NCBI GenBank assembly: GCA_963733905.1
Contig: CAVTEU010000007.1
Span: forward strand, 277,840 to 341,839
Reading direction: 5' to 3'
DNA length: 64,000 nucleotides
Origin: an uncultured Actinomycetes bacterium
Lineage (GTDB): Bacteria; Actinomycetota; Acidimicrobiia; Spongiisociales; DATADW01
Under the pieces are notes generated by a model. That model had not been told where the DNA came from and made no database searches. It saw nothing but the letters and a program-made list of their open reading frames with translations. Made by a program: the position numbers and the translations under genes. This document shows positions 11,486-23,512 of this stretch, piece by piece. Numbering within the stretch: position 1 is the stretch's first letter; each line of letters begins with the position of its first letter.

Positions 11486-13340
11486 CTACATCAGATACCA
11501 GTCGAGGAAGCGCTCCAGCCTCCGGTAGAAGTCCACCTGGGGCGCCGCTCTGAGCAACCCGTGACCCTCGGTGGGGTAGGTCACGTACTCGTACGTCTTG
11601 CCGAGCTTGTCGAGGTGCTCGACCAGCTCCTCGGACTGCTTGAGGTGAACCCGCTCATCCTGCTCGCCGTGGGCGATGAGCAGCGGCCGCTCCACATCGG
11701 CAAGGTGGTGCACCGGCGAGCCGGCCCGATAGGCCTCCGGGTTGTCTGCGGGGTGACCCATCATCCGCTCCAGGTCCTCGGCCCCGCCGCGGTCGCCCTG
11801 GGCCCAAGATGGTGAGGATGTTGCAGTCGCCGTACTTGAGCACCCCGCAGGCGAAGCGGTGCTCGGGGTCCATTGCCAGCGAGCAGAGGGCCATGTAGGA
11901 CCCGTAGCTGGCGCCGAATATCCCGATGCGGCGGGGATCGATCCAATCGAGCGAGGCGAGGAAGTCGTAGGCGGCCAGGCAGTCCTCGGTGTCCCTGACC
12001 CCCCAAACGCCGTGGTTGGCTCGCTCGAACTCGAGGCCGTACCCGACGCTCCCTCTGAAGTTGATCGCCAGCCAGGCGTACCCCTTCTCGACGAAATATT
12101 GGGCGTGACCGTCCCACTCGTCGCCGTAGACCGATGTCGGGCCGCCGTGGGGATAGACGATGGCGGCCACCGGCTTGTCCTCGGCGGCGGCCGGCTTGAA
12201 GAGGAACGCCGGGATCTCGAGGCCATCGAAGGACTTGTAGCTGACCACCTCGGGGACGACGTATGGCGCGGCCATCACCGCCGCCGGCGCCGGTTGCAGC
12301 AGCGTGGCGATCGATCCGTCGCGGTCTATGCGGACGATCCTTGGCGGGGTGCGCTGGTCCTCGTGGAGTGCGACGAGGGCACCGTCAGCCGTCCATGCCG
12401 GGTCGCTCCACCATCCGCCGACTCCGATCACGGTGACCTCGCCCGTGGCGCCATCGACCGTGACCATGTCGCAAACCCCGGAGTTGTGCCTGGTCGCCAC
12501 GAGCGAGCCGCCATCGGGGTGCCAGGCAAGTTGGCTGAAGTTGCCCTGGTCCTCGGTCAGCTGTCGCCGCCCCGACCCATCGGCAGCCATCAGATGGACC
12601 TGGTTCCATCCCGGCTGTTCGGACACGAAGGCGATGGTCGAACCGTCCGGGCTGATGGCGGCTCCGCGCTCCTGGTAGCCGGGGGTGCCGCTGAGGCGGT
12701 GGGAGGCGCCGTCCGCCAACTCGACCCGCCAGATGTCGCTTCGCTTGCGGTCGGATGGCGGGTAGAAGGTGAACACCGCCCACGACCGGTCAGGGGAGAG
12801 CGACAGCTCGCCGACATCGCCATCGGAAGGTCCGAACGGCTGCGGCCACGAGTCGTCAGGATCGAGCCAGGCGAAACGGGAATGCCGATCCCGATCGACG
12901 GTGACGATCATCCGGTTCTCGTCCACCCAATGCGGATCGCCCGCTTCCACCAGACGTTTGCCTGGGCCGCCGCCACCGGGGACCACGCAGAGCATTCCCT
13001 CGTCCACATAGGCGAGGCGACTCCCGTCGGGCGACCATACCGGGGCGGTGTCCTCCCAGTAGGCATGGGGGACCCGGTCCACGCTCAACCGTCGGGCGGT
13101 CCCCCCGGCGACGGGGACCGACCACACGTCGGACGTGTCGCGGTCGAGGGCGAAGGCGACGGTGGCGCCGTCGGGCGAGAGGGCGAGGTGATGGGGGCGT
13201 TCTGTGGCGGCGATCGCCTCGAGCCGCCAGTGCGGAGGAGGCGGCAGATCGGGGCGGGGTTGGCTGGGGACGCCGCCGTGCGTGTCCTTGCCGACCCACA
13301 TCGCAACCAGCTTCGAGGACAGCGCACCGGCCTCAGTCAT
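11486..13340 (-). pseudogene. S9 prolyl oligopeptidase / acylaminoacyl peptidase with N-terminal beta-propeller, 1 frameshift near 11815
   Basis: Propeller repeats are present (SPDGATVAF, WSPDGSRLAY, ISPDGSTIAF, WHPDGGSLVA). The catalytic GASYGSY is present. The C-terminus LLIAHGEQDERV...YPTEGHG is in another frame. The start MTEAG overlaps the upstream stop by 8 nt. Confidence 0.85.
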
Positions 13341-14429
13341 GCCTCTCCCGCTTCTCCCCCTCGAAGGCGAGCAGCGTAGCCAGCACGAGTTGGCCGAGGC
13401 TGTCCAGGTGGTACCCACCTTCCTGGACGAAGACGGTGGGGAGGCCGAGCCCTGCCACCAGCCGGCCCGCTTCCGCATAGCCGTCGACCGTGACCTGCAA
13501 CGGGCTTTCAGGGTCGTCGCGCGCCGCGTCCACGCCCAGCGAGACGACCACTGCTCCGATGCCATGGTCGGCGACGAATCGGGTCAGCCGGCCGACGGCT
13601 TCCAGCCAGCCGGAATCGCCGGTCCCCGGTGGCAGCGGAAGGTTCAGGTTCGCCCCTGCACCGTCCTCATCGCCGGTCTCATCCCCGTACCCGACGAAGT
13701 GGGGAAACCATCCCGCACCCGGATCGACGTGGACCGAGGCGTAGACCACGTCGGCACGCCGGTAGAAGATCTCCTGAGTCCCGTTGCCGTGGTGGGCGTC
13801 GAGGTCGATGATCCCAACCCTTGGGATGCCGCGGGAGCGCAGCCGCTGTGCGGCGATGGCGGCGTTGTTCAGGTAGCAAGACCCTCCGTAGAAGTCGCGG
13901 CCCGACGTGGTGTCCCGGTGGCCGGCAGACGGCGTATGCGGCAGGGATGCCGTCGGCGACCAGGTCGGCTGCGGTCAGCGCGGCCTCGGCGACGGCTCTG
14001 GCCGCCTCCCAGGTGCCGGGACCGATCAGGGTCATCGTGTCCATGGCGAACATCCCAGTGCGTGCCGAGGCCGCTGTGGGCCGGCGTGGCGCCCTCCCGG
14101 ATGTCAGCTGGGGGAGCGGGAAGACATACGGCACGACGCGGTCCTGCCCCGGCTCGTCGAGGTATCCGCCTGCCACCCATTCGTCGTATGCGTTGGCGAG
14201 AAACGAGAGAAAGGCGGGGTCGTGGACGGCCTCGAACGGGGCCGTCGTCGTAGGCGCGGGGATCGACGAACGAGGCGCCGGCCTCCTCCAGGGCCTGGCG
14301 GATGCGTTCACCTCTTGCCGGCACCTCGGTCCCCTCGATCCACACCCCGAGCCACACCTCACCCTTCGGCTCATGGAGGCGGTGCCGGTCGGTCCAGACC
14401 ACGGGCATCGACAGGTTGGGTCCCGACAT
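13333..14429 (-). pseudogene. histone deacetylase-family amidohydrolase (acetylpolyamine/acetoin-utilisation type), 2 frameshifts as assembled
   Basis: MSGPNLSMPVVWTDRHRLHEP, AVHDPAFLSFL...AYAVCRPPGHH and IIDLDAHHGNGTQEIFY..VVYASVHVDP...VQEGGY lie in three frames. Confidence 0.8.
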
Positions 14430-14488
14430 CTCAGCCGATGGTATCGATCGGGTCGTCGCCCAGACCTGGCGACCTAGGGTTCGCCGCC

Positions 14489-16051
14489 ATGAGCTTTCGG
14501 GTCACGTACGCAACCATGTCGGCGGATGATGCCGATCTCCACGACGGATACGACCACGGCATAGAGGCGGCGCGGAGCCGTCTTGGGGAGAGCCACCCGC
14601 TGATGATCGATGGCGAGGCGCGTCCCGGTGACGGCGAGCACGAGGAGCGATCCCCGATCGATCACGACGTCGTCCTGGGACGTTTCGCCCAAGCCACCGC
14701 GAAGGATGTCGATGCCGCTGTCGACGCCGCCCGCTCCTTCGCCCCGTCCTGGGCGGCGACACCCTGGCAGGAGCGCGCCAGGCTGTTGCGCGACGCGGCG
14801 GACGTCATCAGCGACCAGCGCTTCGAGTTGGCGGCGCTGATGACCATGGAAGTGGGGAAGAACCGCCTCGAGGCGTTGGGCGACGTCGAGGAGTCAGCCG
14901 ATCTGATCCGCTACTACTGCCACGAGATCGAGGACCAAGAGCGGCTACACGCAGGCCATGAACCGGCTGTCGCCCGATGAGGCCACCTGGGACGTGATGC
15001 GACCGTATGGCGTATGGGCGGTGATCAGTCCCTTCAACTTCCCGATGGCGCTTGCCGCCGGTCCGGCGGGGGCCGCCCTGGTCGCCGGGAACACGGTGGT
15101 GCTCAAGCCATCCAACGCCGGAGCGATGATGGCGGTGAGGCTGTACGAGGCGCTACGGCAGGCCGGTGTCCCGGCGGGTGCCGTCCACCTGGTCACGGGG
15201 TCGGGACCGGTTGCCGGCGACAGCGCTGGTGCACCACCCCGAAGTGGACGGGATCACGTTCACCGGCTCATACGAGGTGGGGATGGGGATCCACCGCAGC
15301 TTCGCCGCCGAGCTATCCGAAGCCGGCCATCTGCGAGATGGGTGGCAAGAACCCGGTGATCGTCACCGCCGCCGCCGACATCGACGAGGCGACCGACGGG
15401 GTGATGCGCTCCGCCTTCGGGTTCGGGGGTCAGAAATGCTCCGCCGCCTCGAGGGTCTATGTGGAGCGCCCGGTGGTGGACGAGTTCATCGACGGCCTCA
15501 TCGCCAAGGCGGAGAAGGTGGCGGTGGGTGACCCGCTCGACCGGTCGGTGTATCTCGGGCCGGTGATCGACCGGCGAGCAGTCGAGCGCTTCAGCGAAGC
15601 GGTGGCCGAAGCCCGGTCGACCGGCTCGATACTCGCCGGAGGCGAGGTCATCACCGAGGGTGATCTCGGGCGGGGGAACTTCGTCCAGCCGACCGTGGTG
15701 ACCGCTCCGGAGTCGTCGTGGATCTGGAAGCGGGAGCTGTTCGTCCCATTCGTGGCGGTGGCCGCGGTGGACGACATGGACGAGGGGCTGGCCCGGGCCA
15801 ACGACACCGAGTACGGGCTGACGGCAGGGTTCTACAGCCGAGACCAGGACGAGATCGACCGCTTCCTCACCGGGATCGAGGCCGGAGTCGTCTACATCAA
15901 CCGCAGGGCGGGGGCAACCACCGGCGCCTGGCCCGGCGTGCAGCCGTTCGGTGGCTGGAAGGGGTCGGGGACCAGCGGCAAGGCGGGCGGGGGTCCCCAC
16001 TACCTCACCCAGTACCTCAGGGAGCAGTCGCGCACCATCGTCGGAGGGTGA
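14489..16051 (+). pseudogene. aldehyde dehydrogenase, L-glutamate gamma-semialdehyde (P5C) dehydrogenase-like, 3 frameshifts as assembled
   Basis: WAATPWQERARLLRDAADV..MTMEVGKNRLEALGDVEE, GVWAVISPFNFPMAL..VVLKPS, FTGSYEVG, and EMGGKNPVIV...GGQKCSAASRVYV...PFGGWKGSGTSGKAGG lie in alternating frames. Confidence 0.85.
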
Positions 16052-16058
16052 GGGTTGC

Positions 16059-16525
16059 TCATTGCTCGCCGAGAGACCGGAGATCGCCGAGCACCTCCTC
16101 GGGGTGAGCCGCGTTGTCGGTAACCAGATAGGCGCGCCGCACCATCCCCTCGGGGTCGACCAGGTAGGTCACCCGTCTGCGGCCAGCCAAAGCGACGGTC
16201 ATCGGGCTCCCGTTCGACACCCTGGGCGCGCCCGATGGCATGGTCGGGGTCGGACAGCAACGGGAAAGTCGAATCCCATCATCTCCGACCAGGCGCGGTT
16301 GTCCTCGGGCGAGTCGTAGGACACCCCGAAGATGGCGGCGCCGGCTGCTTCGAATTCAGGGGTTCGGTCACGGAACCCCTCCCCTTCGAGCGTTCAGCCG
16401 GGGGTGTCCGCCTTGAGGTACCACCAGACGACTGCCCACTTCCCCAACAGGTCGCCGCGGGTCACCCGTCGCCCGCGGTCGTCCGTGGCTTCGAAGTCGG
16501 GGAGCGCCGTTCCCTCATCGAGCAA
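16059..16525 (-). pseudogene. bcp: Bcp-type peroxiredoxin (AhpC/TSA) with TGA at the peroxidatic Cys position, plus 2 downstream frameshifts
   Basis: TTG start 7 nt after AGGAGG. The sequence reads ...[69 protein letters not shown] and [18 protein letters not shown] follow in other frames. Confidence 0.75.
16350..16389 (-). promoter_or_regulatory. SECIS-like stem-loop downstream of the in-frame TGA of the peroxiredoxin gene
   Basis: The RNA reads UCGAA-GGGGA-GGGGUUC-CGUGACC-GAACCCC-UGAA-UUCGA. There is a perfect 7-bp apical stem starting 14 nt after the UGA, a 7-nt loop containing GU, and a 5-bp outer stem. Confidence 0.4.
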
Positions 16526-16542
16526 TGGATCACCTCCTCTCT

Positions 16543-17869
<1,327 letters not shown>

Positions 17870-17873
<4 letters not shown>

Positions 17874-18352
17874 CCATCGAGACTGCCGACGCGCCAGTCG
17901 GGGAGCGGCTCCGGATCCTGGGCACTGCCCGCACCGTCGCACTGGTCGGGGTTTCGGCCAACCCGCTGCGGTCGTCGAACTTCGTCGCCACCTACCTGAT
18001 CCGCACCAGTTACACCATCTGGCCGGTCAACCCCACCTACCCCGAGGTGCTCGGTCTGCGCTGCTACCCGGCGCTGGCCGATCTCCCCGAGCCGCCCGAC
18101 ATCGTCGACGTCTTCCGGCGGGCCGAGGAGATCCCATCGGTGGTCGAGGAGGCGATCGACGTCGGGGCCAAAGTGGTCTGGTTCCAACTCGGGCTCCGCC
18201 ACGAGGAGGCGGCGGAGCGGGCCCGAGATGCGGGTCTCGCCGTCGTCCAGGACCGTTGCCTCAAGATCGAGCACGCCCGGTTCGCCGGAGGACTCCACCT
18301 CGGCGGGTTCGACACCGGGGTGATCACCTCGCGGCGCCGCCGGCCGATCTGA
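17870..18352 (+). CDS. CoA-binding domain protein (YccU/YneT-like)
   Basis: ARTVALVGVSANPLRSSNFVATYL...VNP...DIVDVFRRAEE...VVWFQLG is the CoA_binding_2 pattern. The GTG start overlaps the metY stop (GTGA). Confidence 0.8.
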
Positions 18353-18356
18353 GCTA

Positions 18357-18765
18357 TCAGAGGGCGCGGATCCGGTTGTTCCTCGGGTTGTGCTCCAACT
18401 CGGCCAGACCCATCACCTCGAGCACGGGCGTGACGTAGTTCCCCACCCTTCCCCGCAGGCCCTTCTTGAGCCCGTACCAACCGCCAATCGGGTTGTCCGC
18501 CGACCGGGCCCACGCCTCGACCGATCCCTCGGGTGCCTGCTTCTGCTCGTCGGCATTGCCCAGCGGCATCCAATCGCCGTGTTCGGAGAGCATGGCGTGC
18601 ATGTCGTCGATGATGCGCAGGTCGTAGTGGAGGACCGTGCTCCCCACCGTGCACACCAGCACCGGAGGGTCGGCCGACTTCGTCACGGTACATCTGGAAT
18701 GTCGAGGTGAGACTCGGCGTCTGGAGAACCCAGGGGTCTTCCTTGGTGCCCGATCCGGTCGCCAT
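18357..18765 (-). pseudogene. conserved hypothetical protein, 1 frameshift near 18685
   Basis: MATGSGTKEDPWVLQTPSLTSTFQMYRDE is in one frame. PPVLVCTVGSTVLHYDLRIIDDMHAML...GGWYGLKKGLRGRVGNYVTPVLEVMGLAELEHNPRNNRIRAL is in a second frame. It resembles a small conserved actinobacterial family of unknown function. Confidence 0.5.
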
Positions 18766-18797
18766 CTGCTAGCTCCTTCGGTAACGAATCAGTTACG

Positions 18798-20618
18798 TTA
18801 CCAGCTGGTCAGGCAATTGCCCCGGAGCTGGAACCTTGAACTCGTTCTTGCGTGGCTGAAGTGTCGAGACGACTGCCGAGTCACGCCACGAACGGGATCT
18901 GCGTGACTGGTGCGAACGAGCTCAGTCCGAGCGGAGGAGGCACAGCTGCTACCGCGGCGTGCTTGACGTTGTACGGGCCTCCCAAGTGATGACGCCCGGT
19001 AACCGGTGACCGAGGGGGCAATCGCTTCCACGTAACGGGCGGTGACGATCTGGATCTGATAGAGGCCCTGCTCGACGTCGTAGCGCTGCACCGCTTGCCA
19101 GGCAGCCCCGGCCTCCTCCTCGGGCGCCTGCACCGCGGCGAGCAGAAGAGCGTCGTACTCCTCGTCGGCGGGGAACCCGTAGAGCGACCCGTTGAGGTTG
19201 CCGGGCATGTCCGAGGTCGCGCTCCAATACGGGTAATCAGAACCGAAGCCTGATGCTGCTTGGACCTCGACGGCGAGCAGCACGAGGTCGTAATCCCTGG
19301 TCACTGTGAGCCTCTCCACCACCTGGCTGGTGCTCTCCACGAATATCGCCACGGGTATGCCCACCGCGGCGAGGTCGGCCTGGACCATCACCGCGGTGTC
19401 CAACAGGTAGGGGTCGTCGATCAGGTAGAGCCCGAGCGTCTGCTCCGGTGGACCCCCGGCCTCTTCGAGATACTGCGCCGCTTCCTCGGGATCGGCCGGT
19501 CCGCCGAAGAAGTCGCCCAGCTGAGGGTCGAAGTGGTCGGCCCGGCTGGAGAGCAAGGTCGCTGCGGGGATGGCCGTGCCAAAGAAAGCCTCGTTGGCGA
19601 TTCCACCGCGCCCGATGGCCTCGGCAATGGCGCGCCGGGCGGCGTATGAGGCGCCGGTGAACCGAGCCGGGTCGAGGTTGGGGTACATGTAGACCCGGGT
19701 GGTCGAGTCCTCGGTGATGCTGACGGTGACACCGCCGCGGTCGAGGACATGGAGCTGGCTCAGGGCGGGGTCGGGAACGATGTGGGTCGTTCCCGACACC
19801 AGGTTGGCCGAGCGGGCGCCGTCCTCGGGGACCACCTTCATCACGACCTGTCCGGTCACTGGAAGCGAGCTGTCCCAGTAGCGATCGAACCGCCTCATGA
19901 CGATCTGGTCGCCCTGGGTCCACTCGACGAATCGGTACGGGCCGGTCCCGATCGTCGTCCGCGCATAGGTGTCGCCCACCGTGTACGGGACGTTGGAAGG
20001 GACGATCGGGATCCTGGCAAGAGTCACGGGAAAGGGAGTGAAGACGCTCTCCAGGGTGAAGACGACGGTGTGTTCGTCCGGGACATCGATCGACGAGATC
20101 ATCGAAACCCGGGGCTTCCACTGCGACGTGCTCGTTTCTGCGCCGATGGTCTCGTAGCTGAACTTCACATCCTCTGAGGTAAAGGGCTTGTCGTTGTGGA
20201 AGGTGACTCCCTCTCGGAGGGTGACGGTGTAGGTCAGGCCGTCCTCGCTGACCTCGGGCGGGCCGGCGGCGAGTTGAGGGACGATCTCACGATCCTCGTC
20301 CCATGTGAGCAGCGACTCGTTGGTGAGCCGGTAGACCCTCTGGATCGACTGCGCGCTCCAGTTGAGCGGGTCGACGTCCGGGGTGGGGTCGGCCAGGATG
20401 TCGATCCTCAACTCCCCGGCAGATGCTCCCGCGGTGGTGGACGTGGCCGCTGAGGTGGCTGTGGCGGCGGTCGTGATGGTGCCGGCCAGCGACGTCGCCG
20501 CCTGAGCCGTGGTCGTCGTGGTCGCCTCGCCAGCGTTGCAGGCAGCGAGGAGGGCTCCCGAGGCACTGATGCCCGCCACGCCCTTGCTCATGGCAGCAAG
20601 GAACCGGCGGCGGCTCAT
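18798..20618 (-). CDS. orphan ABC transporter substrate-binding lipoprotein, family 5, with Tat signal; C-terminus probably frameshifted
   Basis: MSRRRFLAAMSKGVAGISASGALLAAC is a Tat signal plus lipobox, followed by an SBP_bac_5 body. The last ~50 codons of the assembled frame look non-coding, so the true stop is probably between 18800 and 18950 in another frame. Confidence 0.75.
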   Translation of the reverse strand: MSRRRFLAAMSKGVAGISASGALLAACNAGEATTTTTAQAATSLAGTITTAATATSAATSTTAGASAGELRIDILADPTPDVDPLNWSAQSIQRVYRLTNESLLTWDEDREIVPQLAAGPPEVSEDGLTYTVTLREGVTFHNDKPFTSEDVKFSYETIGAETSTSQWKPRVSMISSIDVPDEHTVVFTLESVFTPFPVTLARIPIVPSNVPYTVGDTYARTTIGTGPYRFVEWTQGDQIVMRRFDRYWDSSLPVTGQVVMKVVPEDGARSANLVSGTTHIVPDPALSQLHVLDRGGVTVSITEDSTTRVYMYPNLDPARFTGASYAARRAIAEAIGRGGIANEAFFGTAIPAATLLSSRADHFDPQLGDFFGGPADPEEAAQYLEEAGGPPEQTLGLYLIDDPYLLDTAVMVQADLAAVGIPVAIFVESTSQVVERLTVTRDYDLVLLAVEVQAASGFGSDYPYWSATSDMPGNLNGSLYGFPADEEYDALLLAAVQAPEEEAGAAWQAVQRYDVEQGLYQIQIVTARYVEAIAPSVTGYRASSLGRPVQRQARRGSSCASSARTELVRTSHADPVRGVTRQSSRHFSHARTSSRFQLRGNCLTSW

Positions 20619-20774
20619 CTCGGTTGCGGCCAACCGTGGCCGCCCGGCTCGGCGATCCATCGTCTCATCCTCTCGTGTGCGGCGCAAGGGTACGGTGGCA
20701 CGCGGTGCACCCGTCTCCACGACGCTATCGGCTACGCCCTACCCGGGGCCGGTTGAACTCGGGACCTTGAACGG

Positions 20775-21560
20775 GTGACGGCGCGCCAAGCCGACCCGGC
20801 GACACTCGATCGCTCCCGCGAGTTCGTCGGGGGCTTCCACGAGGCCGACCTGTCGGCCCGTGCGCTCGCCGTCCCCGGGCTGCCACCGGGCTGTGAGGCA
20901 AAGACGCTGTCCCGTGACCCCCTGGGTGAATCGACCCAACTGATCCGGATCCCCGCCGGCTGGCGTTCGGGCCGGGGCGGCTTCACCGCGGCCCTCGAGA
21001 TGTTCGTGGTCAGCGGGAGGCTGCAACTCGACGGTCGACCGCTGCGCCCGATGACCCATGTCGCCATGCCCGCAGGTGTAACAGGTCGGTACTCGGCCCC
21101 GATCGACACGGTCGTACTCGCCCACTCCGCGGGTCCCCTGAGCTTTGGAGAGGCAACTGACCCCGGTCCCGGCTCGGTGGTGGACACAGAGGAACTGGAC
21201 TGGGAACCGGCGGGCGATCCTGAGCTGCCACCCGGACTCATGGTCAAGGCGGTCCACGGCGGCGATGGTGCTGGGCCCCGCGTGTGGCTCATGGCGGGCG
21301 TCCATTGGGGGAAGCGGTCGAGATGGCAGCGGCACCCGGTGAGCGAGGAGGGGTTCCTCCTCGAAGGCGAGTTGGCGGCGGCCGTGGGTTTGGCCGACGG
21401 TGTGAAGGTCCACAGGTATCAGCCCGGCGGGTACTTCCACCGGCCGCCGGGCACACCGCACCTCGTGCGCACCGCGGGCGCCATGCTGCTGTTGATGCGA
21501 TCGGCCGGCCCGCTCACCACCGAATGGAGCGAGACTCCCTGGCAGGACGACCGGGGCTGA
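20775..21560 (+). CDS. cupin-fold protein (two cupin-like halves)
   Basis: Intact 261-aa ORF. Two repeats of the pattern G....H.H...E...V..G are seen (e.g. WQRHPVSEEGFLLEGEL, YFHRPPGTPH). Confidence 0.55.
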   Translation: MTARQADPATLDRSREFVGGFHEADLSARALAVPGLPPGCEAKTLSRDPLGESTQLIRIPAGWRSGRGGFTAALEMFVVSGRLQLDGRPLRPMTHVAMPAGVTGRYSAPIDTVVLAHSAGPLSFGEATDPGPGSVVDTEELDWEPAGDPELPPGLMVKAVHGGDGAGPRVWLMAGVHWGKRSRWQRHPVSEEGFLLEGELAAAVGLADGVKVHRYQPGGYFHRPPGTPHLVRTAGAMLLLMRSAGPLTTEWSETPWQDDRG

Positions 21561-21636
21561 GCCTGGCGCTCCCGAAATGTCGCACCCCGGTCTTACGTTT
21601 CCAAGCGTTCCCCGCGCTTCCCGAGAGGAGCGGAAA

Positions 21637-21975
21637 ATGGACCTCAACCTCGTCGTCTTATCGGGGAGACTGGCGTCGGCACCCGAGATGCGGGTCTTCG
21701 ACTCTGGGACCCGGTTGATCCGGTACCTGGTGACGGTGCGCACCGAGACCCCCCGACGCCGTATCGACGTCCTACCGGTGACGCTGTGGGATCCGGGCGA
21801 AGAGGTCACCGCCGATCTCGAGCCGGGTCGCCGGGTATGGGTGGCGGGGAGCGCCCAACGCCGGTTCTGGGAGGGTCCTGAGGGACGGCGCAGCCGGATC
21901 GAGATCGTCGCCGAGCAGGTGACCCACGACGTCGCCGAGGAGCCCGAGTCGGTCGCCGAGGTCAGCCCTCGGTAG
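21637..21975 (+). CDS. short SSB-like OB-fold protein
   Basis: MDLNLVVLSGRLASAPEMRVFDSGTRLIRYLVTVRTE...RIEIVAEQV is the SSB N-terminal OB pattern. The RBS GAGAGGAG lies upstream. No long Gly/Pro tail is present. Confidence 0.6.
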   Translation: MDLNLVVLSGRLASAPEMRVFDSGTRLIRYLVTVRTETPRRRIDVLPVTLWDPGEEVTADLEPGRRVWVAGSAQRRFWEGPEGRRSRIEIVAEQVTHDVAEEPESVAEVSPR

Positions 21976-21984
21976 CCTCGGAGG

Positions 21985-23512
21985 ATGGGTCGGGTAGCCG
22001 TCGCCGCTCCCTCGGCGCTGGCAGCCGCTGCTGGCGCCGCTGTTGCCGATGCGGGTGGCAACGCGGTCGATGCCGCCATAGCCGCCACTGTGTTCGCATC
22101 GATCTCCGAGCCGGGGGTGTGCTCTCTCGGCGCCGGGGGGTTCATCACGGTCACCTCCGCCTGAAGGGGAGAGCGTGGTCTACGACGGCCAGGTCGAGAT
22201 GCCTGGCCGCGGGCTAGCCCCCGAGCGGTTCGGCAAGGCGATGTTCGAGGTGTCGATGGCGTACGGCGGTGGAACGACGACCTTGGTCGGACCGGGGTCG
22301 GTCGCCACGCCCGGGGTCGGTGGCGGCGTTTGCCGCCGTGGCGAATGCGCACGGACGGCTGCCATGGCCCGAACTCTGGGAACCGTCGATCATCGCCGCC
22401 ACGACCGGGTTTCCCTTGCCGGCGGCATCGCACCGCTACCTCACCCAGGGTGCGATGGACATCTTCGGCAGGGAGGATGCCAGCCGGGAGGCAGTGACCG
22501 GCGGCGACGGGATGCCGCTGCCCACCGGGGCGACGGTGTTCGTCAAGGGTCTGGCCGACACGCTGATCCAACTCGCCGAGGAGGGACCGGCATGCCTGCA
22601 CGGTGGCGATCTCGGCCGGCGGATCGCTGATGCGGTCGAGGCCGAGGGCGGGATACTCACCATCGACGATCTGGCCGCCTACCGGGTGCTTCGCCGCACC
22701 CCGTTACGGGTGGAGAGCGCCGGCTGGATCTTGTCCACTGTCCCTCCCCCCGCTGTTGGGGGTGCTGCGGTGGCGGCGGTGCTGCGGATCATGGGCGACA
22801 GCCCGGTGAGGACGTGGGAGGCAGCCGATGTCGCCCGGTTCGCCGACGCGCTGGCAGCGGTCTTCGCCTACCGCGCCGCCCGGGTCGACCGCGGGGAGTC
22901 ACCGGAAGAGGCGGTGACCGAGATGCTCGGCGCGAGCAACGCCCAAGAGCTGACCGGGATGGGAGCGGCCTCCACCATCCACGTGTCGGCTGTCGACTCC
23001 GACGGACTGGCGTGCGCCGCCACCATGTCGGCCGGTTACGGGTCGGGCGTCCTCCCGGCGGGTCAGGGGTCTGGCTCAACAACTGTCTTGGCGAGTTGGA
23101 GCTCAACCGGCGCGGGGTGCACGTCCTGGCGCCGGGGACCCGCCTCCCCTCGAACATGGCGCCCACGGTGGCGATCGACGGGAATGGGCGGGTGATGGCG
23201 GTGGGCACGCCGGGCGCCGACCGGATCACGAGCGCCATGGCGATGGTCTTCCTCAACATCACCCGGCTCGGGCTCTCGCTGGAGGACGCCATCGCCCATC
23301 CCAGGCTCCACGTCGAAGGCTGGCCGGAACACCCCCGTGCCGCCTACGAGCCGGGGCTCGACGTCTCCGAGGTGACCCTGCCGACCAGGGCGTTCGACGA
23401 GGCATCGATGTTCTTCGGTGGTGCCGCCGCCGCGCTCCGCCATGCCGACCGGACGCTGGTGGCTGCCGCCGACCCACGCCGAACGGGTGGGACCGCCATC
23501 GCCGGTGAGTGA
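21985..23512 (+). pseudogene. ggt: gamma-glutamyltransferase, 3 frameshifts as assembled
   Basis: GGNAVDAAIAATVFASISEPGVCSLGAGGF, LVGPGSVATPG, GGILTIDDLAAYRV..., ASTIHVSAVDSDGLACAATMS, and NNCLGELELN...PSNMAPTV...GTPGADRITSA are spread over 3 frames. Confidence 0.85.
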
